A DNA stretch of 45,375 bases from a virus (taxonomy: Duplodnaviria; Caudoviricetes), in the IMG/VR virus record IMGVR_UViG_3300022876_000180, positions 1 to 45,375 of that record; one strand, 5' to 3'. The notes beneath the pieces are model-generated. The model worked only from the letters and a program-made list of their open reading frames with translations. It was not told where the DNA came from and ran no database searches. The first letter of the stretch is position 1, and each line of letters begins with the position of its first letter. Both the position numbers and the translations under genes were made by a program. This document shows, one piece after another, positions 37,084-45,375 of the stretch.

Positions 37084-37767
37084 TTACAGTATCTTGGGCA
37101 GTAATAGTTCAGCCCCTTGATTTCTCGAATTTCCCACCTCTAACCCGATCTGATACCACTCGAAAACCTCAGTTGGCTCGCCTTGCAGCAGAGCTATTTG
37201 CTCCGCGCGAGCTTTCGATGTTGCTGGATCGAGCCATTCCCGAGCTAGTCGTGGAGCCAGCACCACAGGGCGCCGATCATGGATGTCGACCATACCTGCC
37301 TGGGCGTCGGCGGTGATGATAACGAACCCGTCGTGTTCGCCAGGGCCATGGTCAGCGTCAGGAAACCGGCCAATCGAGGCGCAGAGGCAGGGTGCCCCGT
37401 CCTTCCGGCGGATGAAGTAGGGCTGTTTCTTCGGCTCGCCTTCGTCGACCCACTCAAACCACCCATCGATAGGGCAAATCGCCCGATGCGGCCAGATCTC
37501 CCGGAAGAAGGGCCCGTGCGCGACCTTCTCAACCCGGGCATTTACCGGCGGTGCACGATCCTTGGCCCAGTGCGGCATCCATCCCCACCGCACCAGGTCG
37601 GCGTGCGGGCCGTCTTCGGCCTGATGGAGCAGAACGACCATCGTCGTCGGCGCAACGTTGTACCGGTCCAGGGGCTTGTTCTCGATCGACGACAGCCATT
37701 TGCCGTTGAGTCCAAGGACGTGGCAGTAGTCATCGATGTACCGGTACTGCGCGATCCTTCCGCACAT
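37084..37767 (-). CDS. SOS response-associated peptidase (SRAP family)
   Basis: MCGR, YNVAPT, NARVE, GWFEW, IHDRRP. Confidence 0.93.
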   Translation of the reverse strand: MCGRIAQYRYIDDYCHVLGLNGKWLSSIENKPLDRYNVAPTTMVVLLHQAEDGPHADLVRWGWMPHWAKDRAPPVNARVEKVAHGPFFREIWPHRAICPIDGWFEWVDEGEPKKQPYFIRRKDGAPCLCASIGRFPDADHGPGEHDGFVIITADAQAGMVDIHDRRPVVLAPRLAREWLDPATSKARAEQIALLQGEPTEVFEWYQIGLEVGNSRNQGAELLLPKIL

Positions 37768-37851
37768 TTCCAGTCTCCACGCGTCGGAGGAGGTGAACGG
37801 CCAGGCTGCAGCCGGTTTCTATACTGTAGACCCCGGTGGCAGGTATCCGTC

Positions 37852-38061
37852 ATGGTGTTGGACATCAAGCAGATCGACGCGCTGGAAGCGTGGTATGCGC
37901 TCTTCAATGACCCGGCCTTCGCCGCGGCGTCGCCTGAAGATCGATATGACGCCAGGTTGGAGCTAGCAGACGATATGCTCGCCCGCGGCGTGATAGATGA
38001 GGGCAATTGGTGGGAGCTGATAGAAGAGGCAGGTGCAGCCTTTGCCGACGAACTTGGATGA
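37852..38061 (+). CDS. Small acidic hypothetical protein (69 aa)
   Basis: MVLDIKQIDALEAW...; helical; AGGT RBS-like sequence. Confidence 0.55.
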   Translation: MVLDIKQIDALEAWYALFNDPAFAAASPEDRYDARLELADDMLARGVIDEGNWWELIEEAGAAFADELG

Positions 38062-38064
38062 GCG

Positions 38065-38394
38065 CTATCGTAGGCGCTTCATGTCCTCGGGTCGTATGAG
38101 CTTCCGGAGGTCTTCGTTTGTCCGGTCTTTCGCTGTGCACGCTCCGTGTAGGTTTGCCATCTCGCGGCGTAGGCGGGCGGTTTCGCCGGCGCGCTCGCGA
38201 AGTCTGGCCCGCGCTTCGTCGCGCTCTTTCTCTGTTTCGGCCTGCAGTTTTACAAGCTTGAATATCTTCTCCCTGGCTTCGCGCAGTTGGGTGGTCAATT
38301 CCTGGATTTCGTTCTCAAGCAGCTCTCCGTGCTGTGTTGCCATTTCGAGAGGCGTGGGGATGCCCAGCCAGTCGTCTGTATCGTCGATGTGCAC
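38065..38394 (-). CDS. Coiled-coil hypothetical protein under a LexA box
   Basis: GAGG RBS; DWLGIPTPLE then heptads. Confidence 0.65.
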   Translation of the reverse strand: MHIDDTDDWLGIPTPLEMATQHGELLENEIQELTTQLREAREKIFKLVKLQAETEKERDEARARLRERAGETARLRREMANLHGACTAKDRTNEDLRKLIRPEDMKRLR

Positions 38395-38416
38395 GGTACT
38401 GCCTCACATGCTGATG

Positions 38417-38432
38417 CTGTTTGGATATACAG
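38417..38432. promoter_or_regulatory. LexA (SOS) box
   Basis: CTG-tttggatata-CAG (CTG-N10-CAG). Confidence 0.75.
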
Positions 38433-38570
38433 TAATGGAGCCTTAGCCGGCATGCGATTTGAGGCGACGAGCTGTATTGGTTCCCATGAATGCGCTCATT
38501 CGTGCTGGGGTAGGGGTAACCGAATCGACATACCCCGACACAATCGGGGTGTGTTCTATCTAGCGGGGGC

Positions 38571-40160
38571 TTAACCCGGCTGAGAAGTTGCTTCGTCTAG
38601 CTCGGTGTCGTTGGGGATATAGTCTTCATCTTTAGCGGTAGAGTTGTTTTCCAGCGAGGCGCCTACCAGCTCATCAAGACGGCGCTCAATAATGCGCACC
38701 ACTCTAGGGTCGGATACTTCATAGAGGAATGAAGGTTTACCTCCCAATTCGCCCGGGACAGATCCACTCTGCCGAGCCAAGCCCACATCTGTCCACTTAG
38801 TGATTTTGTTTCTTGCGCCTTGGGCACCAATCCTGAATGTGGATTGCACATCTTTGTTCAGGAAAGAGATTTTGCCTAGTCGATATACTTGGTGGAGGGT
38901 ATCTCTTTTGTACCAGGTTTGGATCGTCTCTTTAGCGTATTTATCTTGGGCTACTTCCACCGAGATCATGTCAATCTTTTGAGGTGCTTCTTCACCGCGC
39001 GCATCGTGTTCACGGAAGAGAGTATCCATCAAACGGATAAGCTCGCGAGGCGATCTTAACGACAGTCGGCAGAACTCACTAAAAATCGCTTTAGAATCAA
39101 TCCCGACTTCGAATATTCCTGAGAAATTCGTTTTACCGTTAGAGAAGAATTCGATTCTACGGTCCAGCATTTGCTGTAATTGCTCAGCTGTCCAAGCGAT
39201 TTTGGCGTTAGCGATTTTGTCGAGTCGAATCTTCAACTTATCGTTAAAGTGGTCTTCGACGTTACCCCATACGAAGAACATCCATGAAAAGCCATCGACT
39301 TCTAGGAGCTGAATGTTTGCCAGAAGAGGGTGGAGCAGACGAGCGGTTGCTTCCACTGAGTTATCGGTTTCGCTTGTTTCGTCGAGTTTGTCTACAAGGA
39401 CGCAAACACCCGAAAACCCAAAAGTTCGGCAAAGCTCTACCAATTTCGTGAGAATTGCTTTGGCTGTATTAGCTGAGTCGCCCACGAGGCTTGCCAAGAT
39501 ACGCTCGGTAGGGCCTTGAATGTCCAAGTCTTCGTCGACTTTGTTCTTCATGAAGGCTTGGAGAAGTCCAGAAAAAACTGCGCTCACCGAGCCCCATCTT
39601 TTACGGATCCAGATCTTACTCTTGGTGGTCCATGCACTCCCTAGCAATATAAAGGCTTCTGCAGTGGACGTCTCTCTATCCATTTCTGGAACGGATAAAT
39701 AAATGGCTTCTAGCAAGGCGAGTATCAAGGCCTTGTCATGTTTGTCGAGTTCTTTTAGGTAGGCTTCGCGATCAGCGTCCTCAAGGGAGGAAAGCCATGC
39801 GAATAGTTGTTCAATGATGAAGAACCCAGCAAGAGAACATATGTCTTTATCGCTTAATTGGCCTCGCTTAAATTTTGGAAGTATTTGAGCGAAGTCAGTA
39901 AGGTTGACTATGAATGGTTGCTGGTCTTCTGGGTTAAGAGTGGCGGCTTCCCACGCCTCTTTATAAACTGTAAGTCTTGTCGCACTTTTGCCAGCGCCTC
40001 GATCTCCGAACAGGATGAAAGAGCTCAATCCTAAAGAGCGCTGTGCGATCGTTTCAAGATATGGAGGGCGCACCGCGTACGCTGCGATTTCAGGTTCTTT
40101 CTCAGCGTTGTAGTGCTCGAAAGGGTTGCCCTTCAAGCCTAGACTTTTCGCGATGTTCAT
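38571..40160 (-). CDS. Standalone P-loop NTPase with probable C-terminal winged helix
   Basis: GNPF, GDRGAGKS Walker A, VLVDKLDE Walker B, SPRELI; AGGAG RBS before ATG 40160. Confidence 0.8.
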   Translation of the reverse strand: MNIAKSLGLKGNPFEHYNAEKEPEIAAYAVRPPYLETIAQRSLGLSSFILFGDRGAGKSATRLTVYKEAWEAATLNPEDQQPFIVNLTDFAQILPKFKRGQLSDKDICSLAGFFIIEQLFAWLSSLEDADREAYLKELDKHDKALILALLEAIYLSVPEMDRETSTAEAFILLGSAWTTKSKIWIRKRWGSVSAVFSGLLQAFMKNKVDEDLDIQGPTERILASLVGDSANTAKAILTKLVELCRTFGFSGVCVLVDKLDETSETDNSVEATARLLHPLLANIQLLEVDGFSWMFFVWGNVEDHFNDKLKIRLDKIANAKIAWTAEQLQQMLDRRIEFFSNGKTNFSGIFEVGIDSKAIFSEFCRLSLRSPRELIRLMDTLFREHDARGEEAPQKIDMISVEVAQDKYAKETIQTWYKRDTLHQVYRLGKISFLNKDVQSTFRIGAQGARNKITKWTDVGLARQSGSVPGELGGKPSFLYEVSDPRVVRIIERRLDELVGASLENNSTAKDEDYIPNDTELDEATSQPG

Positions 40161-40690
40161 TATGCTCCTATCCCTCGGAATCAAAGCTGTCAAAATAACA
40201 TCAAGTCTGGGAGAGGAAAAGCGGGTCGGTAGCGGCGATCTGTAGGCCGCTGAAAATTTTGAAAAACTGATTGGTACAAAATTGGTACGGATGATGAGGT
40301 AGCGCGCTGTAAACCTTGAAGGTAAAGAGCTCTAGGAAGAGGCATTGAGAGTGAATGGGACAAAAATAGGGTAAACCAGGCGCCAAACCACGCTGATCAT
40401 GCGTTTATGCACGCCGTCTAAATTTACCGCTTGCCCCAACGATTAAGGCTATTTGCCGTGCTCGAATCGACATACCCCCCCACAATCGGTGTGTCGCGGT
40501 AAAAAGACGCTTGAACGCTGGTATGCTTTGTGAGATATCTAAGGTCAGGTGCTGGTGGGCGCCTGCCGCTTGCACTGGCGAAGTCAAACACCACCTAGCT
40601 GTAGCGCAATCCCCCTCTTACATGTAGCACCTACCCAGGCGCCACGGTTAGCAAGCAATCGTAATTTTGGCGCCGCTCTGGAGTAGAGCT

Positions 40691-41308
40691 ATGAGTCAGT
40701 ACAGCTATATCAATCTCATCAAGCGCGAAGCAAAATCCTACGGTAAAGCTTATGGCATCCCCTTAGCTATGGCTCAGGAAAAAATTGCTCGGGATTCTGG
40801 CTTTGCACATTTTCATGAAATGGTTGCTGTCTCGAAATCGAATCCTAATGACCAACGTCTTATGATTCGAGCAGTAGGTCTCACAAACTTCAATGAGATT
40901 TTATTTGGCGACCCTATTTGGGGGGATTTGAATTTATTGGTTGAAGATGAGTTGAGTGGGCCTATTGCGGAAACAAATGCCGCAGGCTTCATTGTCGAGA
41001 ATCTGGAGGTGTACACTGCGAATTACGATGAGTCCAATGGCATAGCCACTCTTGAGGTCTACTTCGAATATCAAGGTGAACAAGATGAAGACCGCGTTTG
41101 GCATGGCGCCGGATTCTATATTCACGGTCAAATACAGTTGATTTTCCGGGATGGCTGGAGCTTGGTGGAGGATGATGCATTGCTCATAACCGAGTTCAAG
41201 ACTGACCAGGACCTGGATCACGAAATCGAAGCAGAACATCAGTATGAGGAATATCTGGCGTTACAGAAAAGCAATGGAAAACCTGCTTCCGATCCCTTTG
41301 AGTTTTAG
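40691..41308 (+). CDS. Hypothetical cargo protein (small helical N-domain + acidic C-domain)
   Basis: 205-aa ORF; LIKREAK..AQEKIARDSGF..F.E N-terminus. Confidence 0.7.
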   Translation: MSQYSYINLIKREAKSYGKAYGIPLAMAQEKIARDSGFAHFHEMVAVSKSNPNDQRLMIRAVGLTNFNEILFGDPIWGDLNLLVEDELSGPIAETNAAGFIVENLEVYTANYDESNGIATLEVYFEYQGEQDEDRVWHGAGFYIHGQIQLIFRDGWSLVEDDALLITEFKTDQDLDHEIEAEHQYEEYLALQKSNGKPASDPFEF

Positions 41309-41956
41309 TGCAAAACTGGGGCCGCTGTATACCGCTAAAGGCTTGCCACTCTCTCAGAAAGTCCCTAATCCGGCGGCCTATTAGAGAAGGGGTTCGAACC
41401 CCTATCCTGTATCAATGCCGTAGCCCGCCCAACGCGATCTGTCGTGACGGGCGGGCTGAGCCTATCCGCGCATTGTTATGGGATTCGGCATACCCAAATC
41501 AATAAGGCGACAGATAGCACCGGGATTGATAGCGACAAAGGAAGTAGGAGAAATTGCAGCTGAGGCGATGTGGCTAGAATACTTAGACAAAGTGCTAGGT
41601 GCTTTAACATTGGCCGGTACCCAATAATCAGAGTTTGAAGTTGAGTTCCCGGTTGATTCATAGCTATCCAGAGATCGTTCTGGAGAAGATGAAGATCTGC
41701 CCCTACGCGCCCTTATGAGGGTTGTCGGACTTACACCTTGGAAGGATATTGATAGTATTTCCAAAGCCACGGCTTCGCAATAGGTGGAAGAGCTGAGCCA
41801 TCTTTCTATTACGTTGATCATGAGTATCCCTGCTTCTCGGTTTGGAGTGTCAGCTCCATTAGCGCCGCTGCTAGTGCGAGCTGGTATTGGTGCATCCTTT
41901 CAGCGCATCCGTTCGAGAATATCCCAGCATAATAGCGGCTTCAGCCACGTGACGGC

Positions 41957-42044
41957 TGCTTAGAAATTGCTACAAAAGTAAGGATTGGGCGTCTTGCGAG
42001 CAAGCAGAGTTTGGCGATTGAGGAGGAGTGCGCCCAATCCATCA
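41957..42044 (+). repeat. Relic copy of the right att end
   Basis: tgcttagaaattgctacaaaa (20/21 with 43502-43522) and ccaatccatca (identical to 43578-43588) at almost the same spacing. Confidence 0.7.
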
Positions 42045-42449
42045 GCGAATAGAGATGTGGGGGGTGATGAATATCGACCATTTTTATGGTTTGTAGGTGA
42101 AATCGTGAGCTTTTGAATTGAGTACGGTTCAGCGTTGCTAAGCGGTATAGGTTAGACATGAGGGCATCATATGCAGCAGACGGACTGAGAAAACGCCACT
42201 TTTTAGCCTGAGGCGGTCCAGAGGGGCACGCGATTGGGGGACGGATTCCTATCTATAATTTTTTCAATCTTGTAGCGGAATGGATGTGCATAAATATATG
42301 CGTAATCTTGATTTTAGCCGGTTTATATCTAGGTCAACGGTGGAACGGCCTTTTAGGAACAGGGTCCCTGGCGTGTGCGCTATAGATGTACTAGCCTGAA
42401 ATGATTAGGCGAGCTTGGTTGGGTAGAAATAGATTGGAGCGCGACCGCT

Positions 42450-42686
42450 ATGGCAGAGCCCCTGAATGAAAGTAAGAGCTGGTGGGTGACTCTGCCTGGT
42501 GTTCTTGCCGGCTTGGCTGCGTTAATTGGAGCGGTAGGGGGGCTATATGCTGTAATTGAGGGGAAATCCATCCCTCAATCCCCTCCCTCTAAAATTGTTA
42601 CTCCGACGTCATCTTCTTTATCGGATCCATGTGAAAAGCTACCGATTGATGATCGACCTATATCATGTCTCGGAGACAAAAAATGA
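42450..42686 (+). CDS. Small single-TM protein
   Basis: WWVTLPGVLAGLAALIGAVGGLYAVI; GGAG RBS; two C-terminal Cys. Confidence 0.65.
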   Translation: MAEPLNESKSWWVTLPGVLAGLAALIGAVGGLYAVIEGKSIPQSPPSKIVTPTSSSLSDPCEKLPIDDRPISCLGDKK

Positions 42687-43120
42687 TCTGGAAGTTCGCA
42701 TTTTGTCTAGTTCTCTGGCCCGTTATTGCTGTTGCAGACTGTGACGTAGATATTCAACCATCAGACACTATTGGTAGTGTAAAAGCCAAGCTTAATTGCT
42801 GGGCGGCCGAGAATTTGAATTTAAAAAAGGAATTGAAAGCTAAAGCAGAAACCTATACGCCAATGAAAATTACCTGGAGTAACGCACTGGCTGAGGCGCA
42901 GCCCTCTACGACTGAATGTGTCAGCAAAGCTATTTCAGTTATCCAAAAAAGAAATTGGACGCTTGTTACTCAAGATAAAAGATTGGCTGAGTTTACAAAC
43001 AAAAATAACATGATGGTAGTTGATTGTAGCTTCCATCAGATTTTTATTTCGGGGCCAGATGAATCGGAGTTGGAGGATATTAGGGATTTATTTTATGGTT
43101 TGATCTTTCCTAAAAATTGA
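42683..43120 (+). CDS. Secreted/periplasmic protein
   Basis: Signal peptide ending AVA; paired Cys; ATGA-coupled to upstream gene. Confidence 0.65.
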   Translation: MIWKFAFCLVLWPVIAVADCDVDIQPSDTIGSVKAKLNCWAAENLNLKKELKAKAETYTPMKITWSNALAEAQPSTTECVSKAISVIQKRNWTLVTQDKRLAEFTNKNNMMVVDCSFHQIFISGPDESELEDIRDLFYGLIFPKN

Positions 43121-43232
43121 TTTTTTGTTTCTCCCTTGTCCCACGCTTGGGTCAGCATTGTCACTACTCCTGTATAAAAACTAACGATAACGGCTTTAAT
43201 CGTTAGTTTCGTATGGTATGTCAGACATCGTG

Positions 43233-43436
43233 TTACCGATCGCAAACGGGCATGCCTATTCGGATATGGCCGGAATTATCACCCATGGCCCACAGTGCTT
43301 CACGGACATTTCTGCCCACTTCCTGCGCCCCTTGTTCCTTAACCAAGAGGGGCAACTCCATAATAGCCGCCTGCAGAGCCTCCTAGTTTTTGTAGATCCT
43401 TTCCAGCACGTCCGGCAGTGAATAATTGCTTGGAAC
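43233..43436 (-). pseudogene. Degraded small Pseudomonas prophage-end gene
   Basis: Minus strand reads PSNYSLPDVLERIYKN*EALQAAIMEL..., then apparently frameshifts. Family recognition is from memory. Confidence 0.4.
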
Positions 43437-43571
43437 GTCGACTCCTTTCGAGAAAAAGAGCATAAGTACCGCAGTGCCGTTGCTAGGTAGTTATTACAGC
43501 TTGCTTAAAAATTGCTACAAAACGAAGAGATTGCAGCGGGTTAGCCAGTCTGACTGGGGGCTGGTGAAGTA

Positions 43572-43661
43572 CTACGTCCAATCCATCATCGGCGCCACAG
43601 AAAACCTCCTAAGTACCGGATTCAGGGGCTTAGCTAGGATTTCTGCTGTGTTCGTCTGCAT
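43572..43661 (-). pseudogene. dusA: dusA 5' fragment at the att junction
   Basis: MQTNTAEILAKPLNPVLRRFSVAPMMDWT*; FSVAPMMDWT is the conserved DusA N-terminal motif. Confidence 0.85.
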
Positions 43662-43760
43662 TTACATAAATCTCATTTTCTATCGTTTTCCACCTTTTTT
43701 GCTTATTCTCCAGAATCCTTTGCTGAAATTCAGCAAGGCTCGAAGAGGATTCAGCAAAAA

Positions 43761-44888
43761 ATGGGATCTATCACCGTTCGCAAGCGGAAGGACGGGTCTG
43801 TTGCGTACAACGCCCAGGTCCGGATCATGCAGAAGGGCGTGACAGTTTATCAGGAAAGCCAAACATTCGACCGCAAGACCACGGCCCAGGCCTGGATCAA
43901 GCGCGTTGAAACGGAAATGGCGGAGCCTGGGGCAATCGCGAGGGCTTCCAGGAAGGGAGTGACGCTCAAGGAAATGATCGCTCGCTACCTCGATGAGTAC
44001 GAAAAGCTCCGGCCGCTGGGCAAGACCAAGCGCGCAACGCTGAAGGCAATCGGCGATAGCTGGCTGGGACTGGTAGAAGATAAGGATCTAACCAGCCAGA
44101 AACTGGTCGAGTACGCCAATGAGCGAATGCTGAAAGCTGGTGTCCAGCCGCAGACTGTTGGTAACGATCTCGCCCACTTAGGGGCCGTTCTGTCCGTGGC
44201 CAGGCCTGCCTGGGGCTATGACATTGATCCGATGGCTATGCCAGATGCACGGAAGGTGCTGCGCAAGATGGGGGCGGTGTCTCGGAGCAACGAACGCGAC
44301 CGCCGACCGACCATGGAAGAGCTGGATACTCTGCTGAAGTATTACGAGCAGATGCGCGACAGGAGGAAGCAGGAAATCGATATGGTGCGCATGATCGGCT
44401 TCGCGCTTTTTTCCACTCGCAGGCAGGAGGAAATTACCCGTATTCGCTGGGATAGCATGGATGAAGCCAAGCAGATGGTTCTGATCACGGACATGAAGAA
44501 CCCCGGCCAGAAGTACGGCAACGACGTTTGGTGTCACCTGCCTGATGAGGCCTGGCGAATCATGATGTCGATGCCGCGGGTGGCCGATGAGGTTTTTCCT
44601 TACGTCGCAAAGTCGGTGTCTGCCTCGTTCACCAGGGCCTGTCTGTTCCTGGAAATTGAGGACCTGCATTTTCACGACCTTCGCCATGACGGCATCAGTC
44701 GACTGTTTGAAATGGGGTGGGATATCCCGAAAGTGGCCTCTGTTTCCGGTCACCGGGATTGGAACTCGATGCGGCGCTATACGCACCTGAGGGGGAATGG
44801 CGATCCATATAAGGACTGGCCATGGTTGGAGAGGATAATATCGGGCCCCACGATCGAGGCCCAGAAGAGATCAGCAAACGCTTCGTAG
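43761..44888 (+). CDS. int: Second dusA-associated tyrosine integrase
   Basis: Same catalytic motifs and long identical blocks shared with 1..1095. Confidence 0.93.
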   Translation: MGSITVRKRKDGSVAYNAQVRIMQKGVTVYQESQTFDRKTTAQAWIKRVETEMAEPGAIARASRKGVTLKEMIARYLDEYEKLRPLGKTKRATLKAIGDSWLGLVEDKDLTSQKLVEYANERMLKAGVQPQTVGNDLAHLGAVLSVARPAWGYDIDPMAMPDARKVLRKMGAVSRSNERDRRPTMEELDTLLKYYEQMRDRRKQEIDMVRMIGFALFSTRRQEEITRIRWDSMDEAKQMVLITDMKNPGQKYGNDVWCHLPDEAWRIMMSMPRVADEVFPYVAKSVSASFTRACLFLEIEDLHFHDLRHDGISRLFEMGWDIPKVASVSGHRDWNSMRRYTHLRGNGDPYKDWPWLERIISGPTIEAQKRSANAS

Positions 44889-45152
44889 GCGTCTGCCCAT
44901 CAGTTTTTCATGCTCAGTCTTCGCTTTCAGGTGCTGGGCGTCCAGGTAACTGGCGAGGTCGTTCAGGTGAACGCCTCGGGCTGACTTCTGGCTACCTTCA
45001 ATGCGGACCAGGGGCAGATCGATTTCGCCTGAAGCGACCTTGTTTTTCATCTTCTCAGGCGTCAGGTGGCTGAAGTAATCGGCGCACACTCGTTCCAGGG
45101 GAATGATGGCCATGCCGTTGTATTGGGCCATAAGCAAAAATGCGGTGTTCAT
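44871..45152 (-). CDS. PrtN-family protein of second element
   Basis: MNTAFLLMAQYNG..IPLERVCADY. Confidence 0.78.
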   Translation of the reverse strand: MNTAFLLMAQYNGMAIIPLERVCADYFSHLTPEKMKNKVASGEIDLPLVRIEGSQKSARGVHLNDLASYLDAQHLKAKTEHEKLMGRRLRSVC

Positions 45153-45309
45153 GTGAATACCTCGCCCGCCTGGCGGGCTTGTGAAAGTTGAGTGGGTGTT
45201 TCAGAAAGATCTGATGGTTGCCGGCGTTGCGCGCGGCTATGGTTTCAGCGTTCGCCCGGCCCGTTGTCCTGGCTATCCGTCGACTTTCCGGCGGGCTGTG
45301 GCGAACTCC

Positions 45310-45375
45310 TCAGTCACCACAGAAGCAGTCGATATCTTCGGCCAGGTAGTCGAAATCAAAGCCCGTCTGTTTGGC
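45310..45375 (-). CDS. C-terminal fragment of a gene cut by the window edge
   Basis: ...AKQTGFDFDYLAEDIDCFCGD*; by position possibly PAPS-reductase-like. Confidence 0.45.
   Translation of the reverse strand, partial: AKQTGFDFDYLAEDIDCFCGD

Larger units (their letters stand above)
1..43590. mobile_element. Temperate prophage (lambda-like head, P2-like contractile tail) integrated at dusA
   Basis: Integrase at the left end, a full set of immunity, replication, head, tail and lysis genes, and a dusA 5' fragment at 43572-43661 marking the right junction. The left att lies just outside the window. Confidence 0.9.
43591..45375. mobile_element. Start of a second, related dusA-integrated element (tandem)
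   Basis: Integrase plus convergent PrtN-like gene, same layout as the window start. Confidence 0.8.

Noticed and set aside
41462-41821. 119-aa Ser-rich ORF and overlapping hydrophobic 61-aa ORF
   Set aside because: Possibly a frameshifted remnant; I cannot assign a product or boundaries.
43426-43842. 138-aa ORF across the att junction
   Set aside because: Spans a recombination junction antisense to the dusA fragment; likely spurious.

Overview
Most of the window (1 to about 43590) is an apparently complete Pseudomonas-type temperate prophage. It has a dusA-associated tyrosine integrase, a leftward early operon (PAPS-reductase-like gene, dual-frame C5 methyltransferase, PrtN-like and KilAC genes), a cI/cro switch, a primase-helicase, a lambda-like head, a P2-like contractile tail, GH19 endolysin with nested spanins, and an AT-richer cargo region. 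It ends at a dusA 5' fragment (att junction), followed at once by a second, related element with its own integrase. The strongest candidate for an undescribed system is an AT-rich cassette at 6546-8395, between pL and cI. It runs: sigma70 promoter, boxB/boxA-like leader, a ~320-nt structured retron-like ncRNA with an internal 11-nt repeat array, an 84-aa basic ORF with a sequestered RBS and a 3' UTR that pairs back to the ncRNA, a terminator, and a retron-type reverse transcriptase. Other highlights are a putative multi-loop antisense RNA complementary to early-gene leaders, a CUU-UAA +1 frameshift in the tail chaperone, and a relic duplicate att end. All calls come from reading motifs by eye. 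No searches or folding programs were run.
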